Shown: positions 1-12,200 of the stretch, piece after piece
How positions within the stretch are numbered: the first letter of the stretch is position 1
How the letters are laid out: each line of letters begins with the position of its first letter
Assembly (NCBI GenBank): GCA_017654855.1
Contig: CM030338.1
Span: 3,410,001-3,474,000 of the forward strand
DNA from: Podospora anserina
Taxonomy: Eukaryota
Length of the DNA stretch: 64,000 nucleotides
Reading direction: 5' to 3'
Translations under genes and position numbers: made by a program
Notes under the pieces: generated by a model
Databases searched by the model: none
Seen by the model: only the letters and a program-made list of their open reading frames with translations
What the model was told of the DNA's origin: nothing

Positions 1-1007
1 CCACCGCTACAAAGTTCCTAGTCTCGACAGCTACAAAAAAGGAATAGCCGATGATGACTTCGAAATCGGAATGCCAACAAACAACGATTCCAAGACGGCA
101 GCTATTGAAGGCAAGGCCAGTAAGGCTTGGCGGGCGCTGAGAATTGCGAGCAAGAGCAAGCTGGTTCTCTTTGACAAGATCGAAGATGACGACAAGATTG
201 ATGTCATCTTTGAAGAGCTACCTGCTGAGAAAGACGAGGATGATCAAGAAATCACGAATGGCGAAACCGCCTTCCCCGAGGATAGGAGGCCAATTGTGGT
301 TGTGGACGCTGGTAAACATTCTCGGGCTGCTACAGGTCTTGCAAAGCAGCTCTATGCGCATCATCCGAAAACGTTTACCAAGGTGGCCGTCCATGTAACA
401 CGCAAACCGGCAGAGGGCGAAGTAAACGGGAAGGACTTTCATTTTGTTGATACCCAGGCTTTCAACATGATGCGGGACGGAGATCAGTTTCTCGAGTTCA
501 GCGAGGAGGGTGATGACACTCACGGCACAAGTAGGAAGGTGGTGGATGCCATCGTCGACAACGATAGGGTTGCCGTGATGGAGATGACTTTTGAGGTAAG
601 CTTCCAGCATGTCCTGAACACATGTTGCTGGCATGTGTACTAACATTTCATTACAGGCTGCGCAGCAGGTCAAGGACAATGGCTATGATGCCAGATTCAT
701 CTTCATCCAAGCTCCTGCTCCCGAGGTATGGGAGGGCCAACTCAAGGAGAACGGCCTGTCTGAAGAACAAGTGCAGCAAGCAATCAAGGCGGCTACAGAG
801 GCGGCAGAACACGCCAAGTCGTCGCCAGGGTTTTACGAAGCGGTGGTGGATGCAGAGTATCAGGCCTTGGAGACGACGATTTTTGGCGCGGAGATTGGGG
901 CAGATAGTATGGAGGCTGGGGCCCCGGTCGTGACAGACGAAGGCGATGGGAAGAAGGAGGAGGGTGATGGCGATGTTGCCATGGATGATGCGGTGCCCTC
1001 GTCGTAA
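1..1007 (+). CDS. 3' part of a THO complex subunit 1 (Hpr1/THOC1)-like protein fused to a C-terminal guanylate-kinase-like domain; 5'-truncated. Exons <2..595 and 657..1007
   Basis: The frame is open from base 2 (HRYKVPSLDSYKKGIADDDFEIGM...KASKAWRALRIASK), which resembles the fungal THOC1 C-terminus. It continues into GK motifs (VTRKPAEGEVNGKDFHFV, FLEFS, HGTSRKVVD, ARFIFIQAP). Intron 596..656 (GTAAGC...TACTAAC...CAG) joins the 71..643 and 633..1007 ORFs in frame. Confidence 0.75.
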
Positions 1008-1866
1008 TTTTATCGCATCTAGCCGGTGTGGCTGCCTTGTCTTGTTACTAGCTGTCAAATGAATGATACCCCATAGCAACTATTACTTGTTTACTTCTGG
1101 ACTCTCGGGTACCGGTGCCGCGGTGTTCAACCATCATCGCCCTTACCATCTGGACGGTGCATAGATACAGGCCTTGAGGGATGATAAACAGACCTATCGA
1201 CCATCTTGAGACCCGGCCGACAATTCTGAGTCCAATGATTCTTGTTCAACCACTCTCGCTATTTTGAAGGCCGATTGACTGTCTTTTGGGTCTCGTCGAC
1301 GACATGCAGGGTTGTGGTGCTCCTGCTGGTTGCTGTTTGGGGTCGGTGATGCTGATATGGTTGGAAGGCTCCACCATCGGGGACCGCGATCGCTAGGTGG
1401 TCATCATTTGATCCAGACTTCAACGCCAACGATCTTCTCTTACCTTTGCTGATCAATTCTAATCGTCACTCGCTCACTAACCCTGGGCGGCATCTCTTTC
1501 TTTTCTCAAACGTTGCACCCCGAGCCTTCCATTCATTCTTCAACCCAGTCTCCATCGCTATCGAGAGCACACAGCCGCACGATGGAACATCTTGTGCAAA
1601 TCCTATAGCCAAGTTGCATACTCCACGACAGGACAACCATCAATTCTGGATTCCAAAATCCAACAAAATTCCAAAGCAATCAGGACCTTCTCAGAATTTG
1701 ATCTGTCAATCTTCTTCGACATAAGCGGCTCAATTGGACAAGTTATCTTGTCACCCACGTGACACCACCGACCGCTCGTGGAACTTGTGTGAACGGCTTT
1801 CTGGTACGTGAGCAGTGATGATGATTATCATGTCAACGTTCACTCGCTAATCATCCGGGTAGGTAA

Positions 1867-3598
1867 ATGGCCGATCACGACCCCGTCTGGAAGCCCAAGG
1901 AGCTTCTCGCATGCCCTTCATGTTCAAACCTCCTACGCGAGCCGACAATCTTCCCATGCGGAACCTCATTATGCAAGACTTGCCTACCGGAACCGCTTGA
2001 GCGGCCACGAAACATCACCTTTCCCGTGCTGGAGAACCGTCAAAAGGTCTACCGCTGCCTGTGCGGGAAAGACCACGCGGTGATGGACTGCGGGACTGAC
2101 ATCCTCGCCTCGAGCATCATGAGCACCGTTCACGGGGAACTCGAGCGCCAACCCGCCGCCGCCCCAGAAGAGGAAGAGTCCATCCTCGCCCGGCTGAGCA
2201 AAGTCCTCAGACCGGAGTTCGACTGCCCGATATGCTTTGAGCTGTTTGATGAGCCTGTCACGACACCGTGCGGGCATACGTATTGTCGTCCGTGTCTGAA
2301 GTCGATAACTACTCTTGGGGAGGATCTTTACTGTCCTGTTTGTCGTCAGGGTCTCACTTTGGATGGGACGCCGTTTTTGTCGGAATACCCGGAGAATCGC
2401 ATTATTATGAAATTGATACCCGTCCTCTGGCCGGACGAGCTTGAAGCCCGGAAGGATATACCCCCTGCACCACCGCCTCGTCAGGACGAGATACCCATTT
2501 TTGCGCTGGCGACGGCGATGCCGACGATGAAGATGCCGTTCCGGATTTTTGAGCCGCGGTATAGGCTTATGATGAAGAGGGTGCTGAGGGGGAATAAGGA
2601 GTTTGGCATGACGATGGTTGATCCCCTGACGAGGAAGGAGAGCGATGTGGGGACTGTTTTGAGGGTGGAGACTCACCGGTTGCTTGACAATGGGGATTAT
2701 CTGGTCAAGGTGGTGGGGGTGAGGCGGTTCAGGGTTTTGGAGAGGAGGGTGAGGGACGAGTATTGGATGGCGAATGTTGAGCCGTTTGGGGATGTGAGCT
2801 TTGAGGAGGAGGAGGCGATGGAGGCGATGGAGACTGGAAGACAACAAGGGGAGGAGGATAAAGCTGATGGCGCTCCTTTTGAGGTGGAGGGACGTACCGC
2901 CATCGGCACTGAGGACACCGCTCCCACCCCCACGACAACCACCACGGACATGACTGTGGAATCACTTCATACCGCCTCCACCAGGGACCTCATGGCCTTT
3001 GCGTTTGGCAGGGCGATGAAACACCGAATTGACGACCCTCTCATGCCTAGCGACCCATCAAAATTCACGTGGTGGTTTGCTCACAAGCTTCGGGATCCAC
3101 CAAAGAGACAGGACTTTTTGGTCGAAAGGAGCGTGAGAAGACGGTTGAAGATGTGTTGTGAGAAGTTCATCGAGCTTGAAAAGACGGCGATGACTTCTTG
3201 GTGAGTTTATTTTTTTTCCTTCCTCAGTATTTCTATCATCTTTTCAGGCCATCTTGACTGCCTATCCACCCCCAGAAGCCTATTGAATCTCTCTTGGCGC
3301 CCTTATATGTCTTTGACGTATTTCTTCACGTTTGTTGCTCCCCCCAACGAGGCAGGCAGGCTGCTACACAGACGAAACCCTTGGGAATGGATACGAAGCT
3401 TACGTTTTTTTTGTCCGTCTAGGGTATATTGGCTACACCGCGCTCTCAGGAGCTTTCCACTACCCATTTCAACTGCCTTGCTGATAATATTGTTGTGTCT
3501 GTATGTGTTCCTTCCAGTTTGGATTAGCCCGAGATCATAGATCTCTGTTAGGGAACGCACTGCTAACTAGGATTTGTGTTTGTAGTTGGGTGTCGTAA
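1867..3598 (+). CDS. RING finger and LON peptidase N-terminal (substrate-binding) domain protein (LONRF/CrgA-like E3 ligase). Main exon 1867..3200; last exon uncertain (3423..3540 or 3586..3598)
   Basis: Two RING-like Cys clusters (CPSC...PCGTSLCKTC; CPICFELFDEPVTTPCGHTYCRPC...CPVCR) and the LON-N signature PTMKMPFRIFEPRYRLMMKRV...FGM. GTGAGT donor at 3201. Confidence 0.85.
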
Positions 3599-3953
3599 GG
3601 AGAAGGGATAGTATTGGATGCACGCTTTGGACTGTTTTGTAATATATTAGATGCGTTGTACAAATTATTTTTTTTGGCTGTATGGCCACTAAAAGCAAGG
3701 TGGTGAGAAATGGCTGTGGATAGATATAATCTAGGCTAGATATTTGGTTGAGCCTGTTCGGCGTGCTATCACCCTTCTTTTTCGGCTTGTTTGAATACCA
3801 ACAGTTCAGCTCACATTTTCACCAGACTAGAACGACATCTCACAAACAGAATCGAGATTAAAATAGTGTTAAATATTCCTCCAAAATTCTCTCTTACATA
3901 TCAAACCATGTCTCAGATAGACTTTTCTCTCCATAACCAACCAGCCATTCCCA

Positions 3954-5288
3954 TCACCTAACACCCCCCCATCTCCCCCTCGCAGCCCCCTCCCCACTGA
4001 GCGCCAACCTCCTCCCAATATTCCCAAAGCAAACACAGCTACAAAACAACACACTCAACATCCACACCCCCGTCTCAACCACCTCCCTCTCCCCTACCAA
4101 CTTGATCCCCCCCGACCCAGCCACATATCCAGCATTTGCACTCCCATTCCTCCTCATGCGCCCCGACCCCAACCCCCCCCCATCCCCATGCTGATAAAAG
4201 GACGGCGCGGGCATCAACCCCGGAAACACATCCTTCAACCCCAACCCAATCATGCCCACCGTCCCCACCAACCCAACAGACGCGCTCAGCAAAAACCCCG
4301 GCTTCGACCGGTCGATAAGATACCAAATAAACGGGTTGATCAACGCCAGCGTCAGAGACACCTGCATCGTCGACGTCCAAGACAGCTTCCTAATGGCAAA
4401 GACGATCCCCACAAACAGGCCGATCGATCGGATAACGAGCACATAGTCCGCCTCTTGCTGTCGCCCTTCCCGTTCGTTCTGCTGCCGCTGTTGTTGTGGG
4501 GATGACGGGAGGGGTTTGCCGGTCAGAGGCCCGTTCTTCTTCGCGGCGGGGATGAAAAACTGGTCAAACCAGGGGAGGAGGCATCCCAACAAAACGCCCG
4601 AGGCGCCCCAGAAGAGGAGGTATCGCCAGTCGAGGGGTTCGTCCGAGGTGGTGGGGGGTTGTTGGGGATCAAAGTTTTGCGCTCTGGGGAGGCGGGTGAC
4701 GAGGACGCCGTAGCCTAGGCCGAGGGCGAAGAGTAAAGAGGCGCGGAGGGCCATGGAGAAGATGATGTATGCTTGGGAAGGGGGTTCGAGGTCGGCGGTG
4801 GGGGCTAAAGAGGGGAAGTACGAGGTTCGAATCGAGTTTTGGATGTGCTCTCTGTTGATGTGGCTGCTGCTGTCTCTTCGCTTCTTGATCAGCGTGAGGG
4901 TTCGCTCATCGATGTCCCCTGGGTCTGGGGACTGTAGAGTGCCAGGGGTTTGTCCGCCTGTGTTGTTGTCCCATGAGGGGGTATCGACGGCGTCTCCTTT
5001 TATGCCTGGTGTCAGAGACGGGGAGTAGATCCCTAGGAGTGTAGAACCGGTGAGGTTCATGAACGAGGTGGCGCGGCTGATGGTGCTAGGGTTTCTCGAC
5101 GCCTGGCTGGGGTTGTTGTGAATGTCGAGGAAGGCAAGGTCGGAGGCCGTGATGCCTGGTGTTCGAGTTGCACTTGGGGGTGCCGAATCTTCTTCGGGAG
5201 GTGTGGGAGATGTGAAGGCCAGCCGGAAAGGTCTCCGGGGAATGGGACGGAGGATCTCCGGACCCTGACGCTCGGGTGATTCTTCCAT
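3954..5288 (-). CDS. INSIG family protein (Nsg1/Nsg2-like, HMG-CoA reductase regulator)
   Basis: Intronless 444-aa ORF with several transmembrane segments and fungal INSIG motifs (LLFALGLGYGVLV, RSIGLFVGIVFAIRKLSW, LALINPFIWYLIDRS, SVLFCSCVCFGNIGRRL). Confidence 0.9.
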   Translation of the reverse strand: MEESPERQGPEILRPIPRRPFRLAFTSPTPPEEDSAPPSATRTPGITASDLAFLDIHNNPSQASRNPSTISRATSFMNLTGSTLLGIYSPSLTPGIKGDAVDTPSWDNNTGGQTPGTLQSPDPGDIDERTLTLIKKRRDSSSHINREHIQNSIRTSYFPSLAPTADLEPPSQAYIIFSMALRASLLFALGLGYGVLVTRLPRAQNFDPQQPPTTSDEPLDWRYLLFWGASGVLLGCLLPWFDQFFIPAAKKNGPLTGKPLPSSPQQQRQQNEREGRQQEADYVLVIRSIGLFVGIVFAIRKLSWTSTMQVSLTLALINPFIWYLIDRSKPGFLLSASVGLVGTVGMIGLGLKDVFPGLMPAPSFYQHGDGGGLGSGRMRRNGSANAGYVAGSGGIKLVGEREVVETGVWMLSVLFCSCVCFGNIGRRLALSGEGAARGRWGGVR

Positions 5289-6961
5289 GGTGGTTGGTGT
5301 GTCCTCTCTTCAAGCAGCTAGTGCGAGGTTGTTCTCTTGCAGTGGAAGCTTCCAAGCTCGTCCCAATCCAATTGGTTGAGATTCGCGTCCAGCTCGTGTA
5401 ACCACAGCCCAATAGCCCAAGATTTCTTTTTCAATATGTTGCCAACCACTCTGCTTCTATTTCGTTCGGCGTTTGGATGACCCGTGGTCGTCAGGGTTGG
5501 GAGCTCGACAAAGCAAGGGAGGAATGAATAGTCTTCAATAAATGGGGGAAATGATCCAGATCCAGGCGTCCTGCCAACGTTGCAGGAAGCACCAAGACGC
5601 AGTAACAATTGATCATGCGCCAATGGGCAAAAGTGACAGCAGAAGTGTCTGTTTCATTTGGGTTGACAAGAGTTGGGACGATACCAGGCGTCCCGTAGAT
5701 GTACGGAGCTAGAAAAGATGGGAGGAAGCAAGATGTGGTCAGGCCAGAGAGGTGCCAGATCAGGCAAGTGTTTAAGGGCAGGCGCGTGCGGAAACGCCAA
5801 ACCGGAGCGAGTGCAGGGATTTCCATTCCAAGCCCGCTTGCACGCATCCCTCCCACAAAATGACCAGGGTGCCGACGGCACTGGACACACTGCGTCTCTT
5901 TTTAACTTTGTCGCTGATGCAACAGCAGAATTTGTTTGGTTTCTGCATCAAGTCAGTGGGTGCGTTGCACCGCTGTGCGTTCGTAAAACCAATAGTGTAT
6001 AGAAATATGAAATATCAGCCTGAACACACCCTCTTCTCTTTGTGTAAGTGACGATCCCCCCGACCTGGAAGGGTCCATCAGCTCCGGAGAGCGACATGGA
6101 GAATTGATTGAAAAGCGGGGTGTCCTGGTTCCTGTTTTAGTGGGACAATTGAGCTTCTTCTCACTGGCTGTCCTTCACAGCATGTGATCAAGCACCAAAC
6201 TCGTCCAAGCTTCAGGGTTGGTCTCCTGACTCTGACCCCAGGGTTCAACAGCGTCAACCGTCACGAAGTTCTCGTGGGCAGCGACTTAGCCCACGTTGTA
6301 CCCCTCTCTTGACGTCGTCCAAGGAGCTATCCAGCCTCCTCAGTGCTCCTTCAGTGGGACAAATGACCATGACCAATCCGGGAAGCTGTATCATTGCCTG
6401 GCTCGGGTTGGTTGTCATTCTGCAAGCTGTCGATCTAGGAATTTTGTTGCTGCAACGCTGCACTGACAGCATCAGGCGATCAAGCCGAGCAGTCTGGCTC
6501 TGATCATTGGACGGCTTGCATTCTGCCGCATGAGTCGAAGTGACCCGAGACGAGATTAGACTGAGAGCCTCTTTGGTCTTGCCTCCTCAGAGTTGTAGTG
6601 ATACGATGCCCCTCTCGCCAGATTTTGGACACGTCGTCGCGAGACGATTCACGTGAGAGAAGATCACTCCAGTTAGAAGTCCAGTAAAGTGCCAAAAACC
6701 AGTGTGCCCTACACTACACCATGTGCTGGCCGGCACCTTGATGGCTCCAGCGCCACTATCTACTACCAAGAAACACTTGATATCAGCGTCAAACTGTGGA
6801 GCTAGAATGGGTTGAGGTCTCATGAAGTAAAGAATTGAACAACATACTTACCTAAGAATGAGCCTCAGCTTGCCCAGCTTCCATTGCTGTCTGTCAAACC
6901 TGAATTCCAAGCTTTTGATCACTTACAAGCTTTGGCCAGAGCTAGTCGGCCAAGATGTGAG

Positions 6962-6968
6962 CGATAAG
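6962..6968 (+). promoter_or_regulatory. CGATAAG element upstream of MAK11 (candidate PAC-like ribosome-biogenesis motif)
   Basis: GCGATAAG about 140 bp upstream of the MAK11 ATG. The reverse complement CTTATCG lies upstream of DBP2 (52147..52153). Confidence 0.4.
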
Positions 6969-7105
6969 ATAAGAAAAAAGTCTCCACTAAAAAAAGTTCG
7001 AGCAACGTCCATCCAATGCGACAACAAATCCATGTTGGAAAAAAGATCTTAGAAAGTGACACCAAAACAACAGTCTCTCTCACATCACCACCACCCACAG
7101 AACCA

Positions 7106-8701
7106 ATGGCCCCCAAGAGAAAAAGAGAAGCTGCCGCCAATGGCGATGTCGCCGAAAAATCCAATGCGACCAAGAAAGTCAAAGCCCCCCGGGCCAAAGC
7201 CGCTGCTCCCCCCAAGTCGACCGCTTTCAAGCTGAACGGCGATGCCCCCGTCCACATCCAACTCATCGCCGGCTCCTACGACCGCATTCTCCACGGTATC
7301 ACCGTCACCATCAAAACAACCGAAGTCACCTCTGAACCTCCAGCAGAGGCCGAATCCACCGACAAGAAGAAGAAGAAGTCCAAAAAGTCGAAAACCACCA
7401 CCCCCATCACAACAACCGAGCAATCCGCCTCCTTCGCCGACACCTTCCTCTTCAACGCCCACAACTCCGCCATCCGCTGCCTCGCCATCTCCCCCCCCTC
7501 CGCCCCAGCCCCTAAACAAACCCAAAAGGTCCTCCTCGCAACCGGCTCAACAGACGAGCGCATCAACATCTACAACCTCTCCGCCCACCCCCCCTCCTCC
7601 CGCTCCATCTCCGACCCAGACACCCAGCTCCTCTCCTCTCTCGCCCCCCGCCCCATCCTCGAAAACAACAAGAACCGCGAGCTCGGCACTCTGCTGCATC
7701 ACACAGGCAACATAACCCGCCTCTGCTTCCCCAACCGCTCCAAGCTCCTCTCCGCAGCAGAGGACTCCACCATCGGCGTGACCCGCACCCGCGACTGGGC
7801 CCTCCTCCACAACTTCAAATGCCCCATCCCCAAGGTTTTTGGTCGCCCATCAGGTGACACCGCCGGTGTGGGCGGGACCCCCCAGGGCGTCAACGACTTT
7901 GCGGTTCACCCCTCCAACAAGATCATGATTTCGGTCTCCAAGGGAGAGAAATGCATGCGTCTTTGGAACTTGGAGACGGGAAAGAAGTCGAGGGTGTTGA
8001 ATTTTGAACGGACGATGCTGAATGAAGCGGGGGAGGGGAAGCACTCGACTGGTGAAGCGAGACGAATCATCTGGGGCAGCAGCAGCAGCAAGGGAGGGGA
8101 GGATGAGTTTGCGCTCGCGTTTGATAGGGATGTGGTTGTGTTTGGGATGGACTGCAGGCCGAGGTGCAGGGTGATGGGGGGGATCAACAGGACAAAGGTT
8201 CACGTGATCAAGTACGTCCGGCTTGGGGATGAGGAGGATGGTGCTTTGTTGGCGGTTTCGACCGAGGATGGGAGGGTGCTGTTTTTTGATACGGCGGAAG
8301 AAAACTGTCAGTCTGCGACTGAGGGGAAGACGCTTGCCACGGCGAGGCTTGTCGGTCAGCTGGGCGGGAAGGAGGCCGGTGTGACGGGCAGAGTGAAGGA
8401 TTTTGTGGTTTTGCCTGTGGAAGACGAAAAGGGGGTTAGGTCGTGGTTTGTGGCTACGGCGGGGAGTGATGGGCTGGTTCGTGTTTGGAGGTTGGGCAGC
8501 GGTGAGCTCAAGGTTGAGGAGAAGAAGGAGGAGTCGACAAGACAAATAGGGAAGCTGCTGGGCGCGTATGGGACGCAAAACAGGATTACGTGCTTGGGGG
8601 GCTTCGTCATGATACCCAGGCCCGACGGGGCCGAGGAGAGCGAGTACGAGTTTGACGACGAGGAGGATGACGATGACGAGGAGGATAGCTATGATGAGTA
8701 G
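7106..8701 (+). CDS. MAK11: 60S ribosome biogenesis WD40 protein Mak11 (PAK1IP1 homolog)
   Basis: ATG at 7106 (MAPKRKR). Motifs IQLIAGSYDRILHG, FLFNAHNSAIRCLA, LATGSTDERINIY, VNDFAVHPSNKIMISV and RITCL, followed by an acidic tail. Confidence 0.9.
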   Translation: MAPKRKREAAANGDVAEKSNATKKVKAPRAKAAAPPKSTAFKLNGDAPVHIQLIAGSYDRILHGITVTIKTTEVTSEPPAEAESTDKKKKKSKKSKTTTPITTTEQSASFADTFLFNAHNSAIRCLAISPPSAPAPKQTQKVLLATGSTDERINIYNLSAHPPSSRSISDPDTQLLSSLAPRPILENNKNRELGTLLHHTGNITRLCFPNRSKLLSAAEDSTIGVTRTRDWALLHNFKCPIPKVFGRPSGDTAGVGGTPQGVNDFAVHPSNKIMISVSKGEKCMRLWNLETGKKSRVLNFERTMLNEAGEGKHSTGEARRIIWGSSSSKGGEDEFALAFDRDVVVFGMDCRPRCRVMGGINRTKVHVIKYVRLGDEEDGALLAVSTEDGRVLFFDTAEENCQSATEGKTLATARLVGQLGGKEAGVTGRVKDFVVLPVEDEKGVRSWFVATAGSDGLVRVWRLGSGELKVEEKKEESTRQIGKLLGAYGTQNRITCLGGFVMIPRPDGAEESEYEFDDEEDDDDEEDSYDE

Positions 8702-9224
8702 AGTGTCAGTCAGGGGTTTACACGGCGTTTTAGATGGGGAGTGGGTAGCCAGGCTCGTATAATATTCAAAAAGACAAATTGCCCATTTCATTGGGAGACA
8801 AGACAGGAACAACCAGAAAATACATGCAGACGTGCCCTTCGCCATGCTTTCTATGTTCTTCTTTGGATCATTGGTTTGTGTCTGATCACTTGTAATATAA
8901 TATGTACATGAATCAGGTCAAAAACACCCCCTAAACTCCCCAGTCCAGTCCTCCGCTGACCTCTTATCCTTTATAGAGAGTTTAACTCAACCCGTTCTAC
9001 TGATGTTTGAAAAACAATGCAGAGGATATAACGCATGCATTACAGGGCAAGGTCCGTCCCGTCTACCGAATGATGCCCGTGCCCGCCTTCTACCCTCAAA
9101 ATATGTACCATGTTTTGATCATGAGAAACCAGCCCCAGTCCACTACAACATAAAACACAATGCGACCATGGCAGTGCTCTATAGTTACAAGACAAGTCTA
9201 GCAGTCCAGCAACAAACCACATGA

Positions 9225-12200
9225 TTATTTACCAGGCGCAGGCGTGGCACTACCGCTCGCTTGCCTTTGGTGTTGAGCAGCTTGTTGCTGCTGCTGTTGC
9301 TGTTGTTGTTGCTGCTGTTGCTGAGCCTGCTGGGCAGCAAGTTGAGCAACTTGCTGGGCTTGTGCTTGTTGCACTGCCGATGCTTGGTGAGCCTGCGGGT
9401 TATGTGGCTGCTGTTGCTGGGCCTGCTGCTGGGCTTGTTGAGCCTGCTGTTGGGCTTGGATCTGGGCAGCTTGGGCCTGCTGCTGAGCCCGCAGCAATGA
9501 TGCGTATTGATGCGGGCTCGTGGTTGCTGTCATGGCGTTCAGGCCTGGTTGGTGTCCCAGCTGCCCAGCCGCAGCGCTCATAGCGGCCTGCTGGTGAGCT
9601 TGGGCAAGCTGGTGATTCTGGGCGTTCTGGACGATGATCCTGCCCACTTGCTCCATGGCAAGGTTCCTGGCCTCCTGTTGCGTGAGGCCTGGACTCTTGT
9701 TCCGATAATGCACCTCCAACTCAGCGATGCGCTGCTGTACTGCAGGGTTAAGAGCCCCACCCGCCACTCTGGGGTTGAGCATGGGCATCGTCAGCCCAGC
9801 GCCTGGTGAAGTAGCCAAGCCACCTCCGTTAAAGGCCGCCATCATGGCCTGGGCGTTGGCATTGGCCATAAATGCTCCTTGGTTTAGACCGTTCACCACA
9901 CTGCGCATGGGTGAGGGTGAATTCTGGGTTCCATTGACCTGGGGGTGCTGTTGAGGTTGCTGGCCAACCTGCTGAGGCTGTGGCTGCTGCTGAGGCTGCT
10001 GGGCCACTCCTTGTTGAGGCTGATGTTGCTGCTGCCCAACCTGCTGTTGCTGGTGGCCGTGAACCTGTTGGTGAGCTTGTTGAGCTGCCGCCTGTTGAGC
10101 CTGTTGAGCCGCCTGTCGCTGTTGCTGAGCAAGTCGAATGGCCGCCTGCTGCTGCTGTTGGATGGTTTGAGCCTGCAGCACGAGGTTGAGATCTGGCTGT
10201 GGTGTCGCCATTGGCATTCTCTGCTGTGCTTGGAGAGCGGCTTGAAGCTGAGCTTGAGGGATGCCGGCCATGGGAGGAACAAGTGCACCAAGACCATTCA
10301 AACGAGCCTGAACGGCAGGTGGCACTGCTCCGAGAGGTGCTTGCATCGGGACCCGTGCTTGCACTCTGTTCTGGGCCACTTGGGCTGGCACGTTCAGCCG
10401 GGCAGCGGCGGCGGCGGCCATCAGGGAATTGGCACCAGGCATTTGCCCAGCCTGTGCCGCGGCAAGAGCAGCAGGCGTGCCCGGTGCCGCGTGAGGCTGT
10501 GGTTTCTGCCATGTGATGTTAGTTCTGGTAAGACTTGGTGAAAGAGCCGGGATTGTGAAGCTTACCAGATTCTTTCCGAGGGCAACTGCTTGCCGCGCTG
10601 TGTATTGAGCCATCCTCTCAGCAAGTTTCTGGTCACGCTCATGCCTCATTATGCTATAATCACGCGGCGTCTTGGCCGGCGGAATCGGCTGCCTGGATAC
10701 CTCATTCACCTTACGGCTGGCAACTTGACTGGCTTGTTGTTGAGCCTTCTGGATGGCCGTCTCCCGCCTCTTCGCCAGTTTCCTCATGGCATCAATCATG
10801 GCCAAATGCTTCTGGTTGCGGCGCCGTTCTACCCGCATCGTCGTGGTCGGCCTGCGCCTAGGAACCGGAGTGACTGCGCCATTTGGCCCAACTTGCTGCT
10901 GGGCCGTCTGGTTCTGCTGCAGGATAGCCCGCTGGGCATTGTCTATACGTAGCTGATATTGCTTAAAGTACGGCGTCTTGGCCAATTCAGTAGGCAGGCC
11001 TTCCAGATTGGTCCACCGCTCAAAGCATTCCCAAGGAGTCCGCCGCTCAGCGCCTGAAGAAAAGAGGGATTTTGTCGACATCACGCTGGAAATCAGAGAC
11101 CAGTTATAGTTGTACTCGAGTGCTAGTGACTTGAGCTGGTTGTCTTCCGCAAAGGTCCATTGCGATGCCATCCTGCATTCAAAGAAGCTCTGAGAAGGCA
11201 TGGGGTACTCGGTCGGGGGTCGGAATTGGTGACCCGCGTGCAAACGATCTCGAACAGCTTTCATTTCAGGGTTGAATAGCGCAACGGCCGAGTTTTCTGG
11301 CTGCGAGTGCGCATTGTTATCTGGCTGCGTGCCGAATATAACTTCATCGCCATCTTCTTTGTCGCTGTCTGAAAGATAGTCGAAGCGACGTCGCTTTCGC
11401 GGTGGGCCTTTGTCGGCCAGTACCATCTCGCCCTCGACAAACTTGCTCAGGGGCACAGCTGGTCTCTTCCATTTTGCATCCGGATCATATTCAGGCCCAA
11501 CAAGGTCGAACTTGGGTACTTGGAGGGGTGATCCATACATGGGAAGGTTCTCGAGCAGGAGTTCAGCCGTCTTACTAGGCTGCAGTCCAAAAACAACCTC
11601 GTCATCCTGGAGCGCAAATATCATGGCGGGCGCCACCGTCTCGACCATGGCCTCCAAGTGCTCATCCTCATGTTCCGCCGGTGAATCCGAGTGATCCAAT
11701 TCGGGAAGTGGCTCTTCTCCTCCTTCACCAGAATCAGTCATTTGAACATCCTGGCCCGGTGCTGTTGGTTTTGGTGGTACAACAGCATTGACCTGAAGCG
11801 CGCGGCGTTCCTCGGGGCTTGAGTAAACCCATTCTGCGCACGCATACGCAAGATTCCGAGCAACTGCCCTTTTCCACTTGCGCTCTTCTCGGAAATCTGT
11901 CCTCATCCACTTCATTTCCTGGAGCAAAACATCCTGGTGAGACGGGGGCCTGGTCGGCTCTGGACACCTCATAGGTTGTCTCAGGGACCACTTGTCATGC
12001 TGCTGTAGATGGTAAACCCTTCTCAGAATCTTGCACGCCTGGTGATCGAGTATCGACAGGTACTGGTCAGACGTGGAGACTGTCTTGTGGGCCTGGTTAA
12101 GAAGTTTCTCAATAGGCTTCATCCAGGTAGATGTGCGGGTGAACCCTTCAATGAAAAGCGGAGTGAAATAGTCATCCGAAGGTATATATCCAGGCCTCTG

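Noticed and set aside
6254..6823. Short minus-strand ORFs between INSIG and MAK11
   Set aside because: No recognisable motif or consistent splice structure. More likely divergent promoter sequence.
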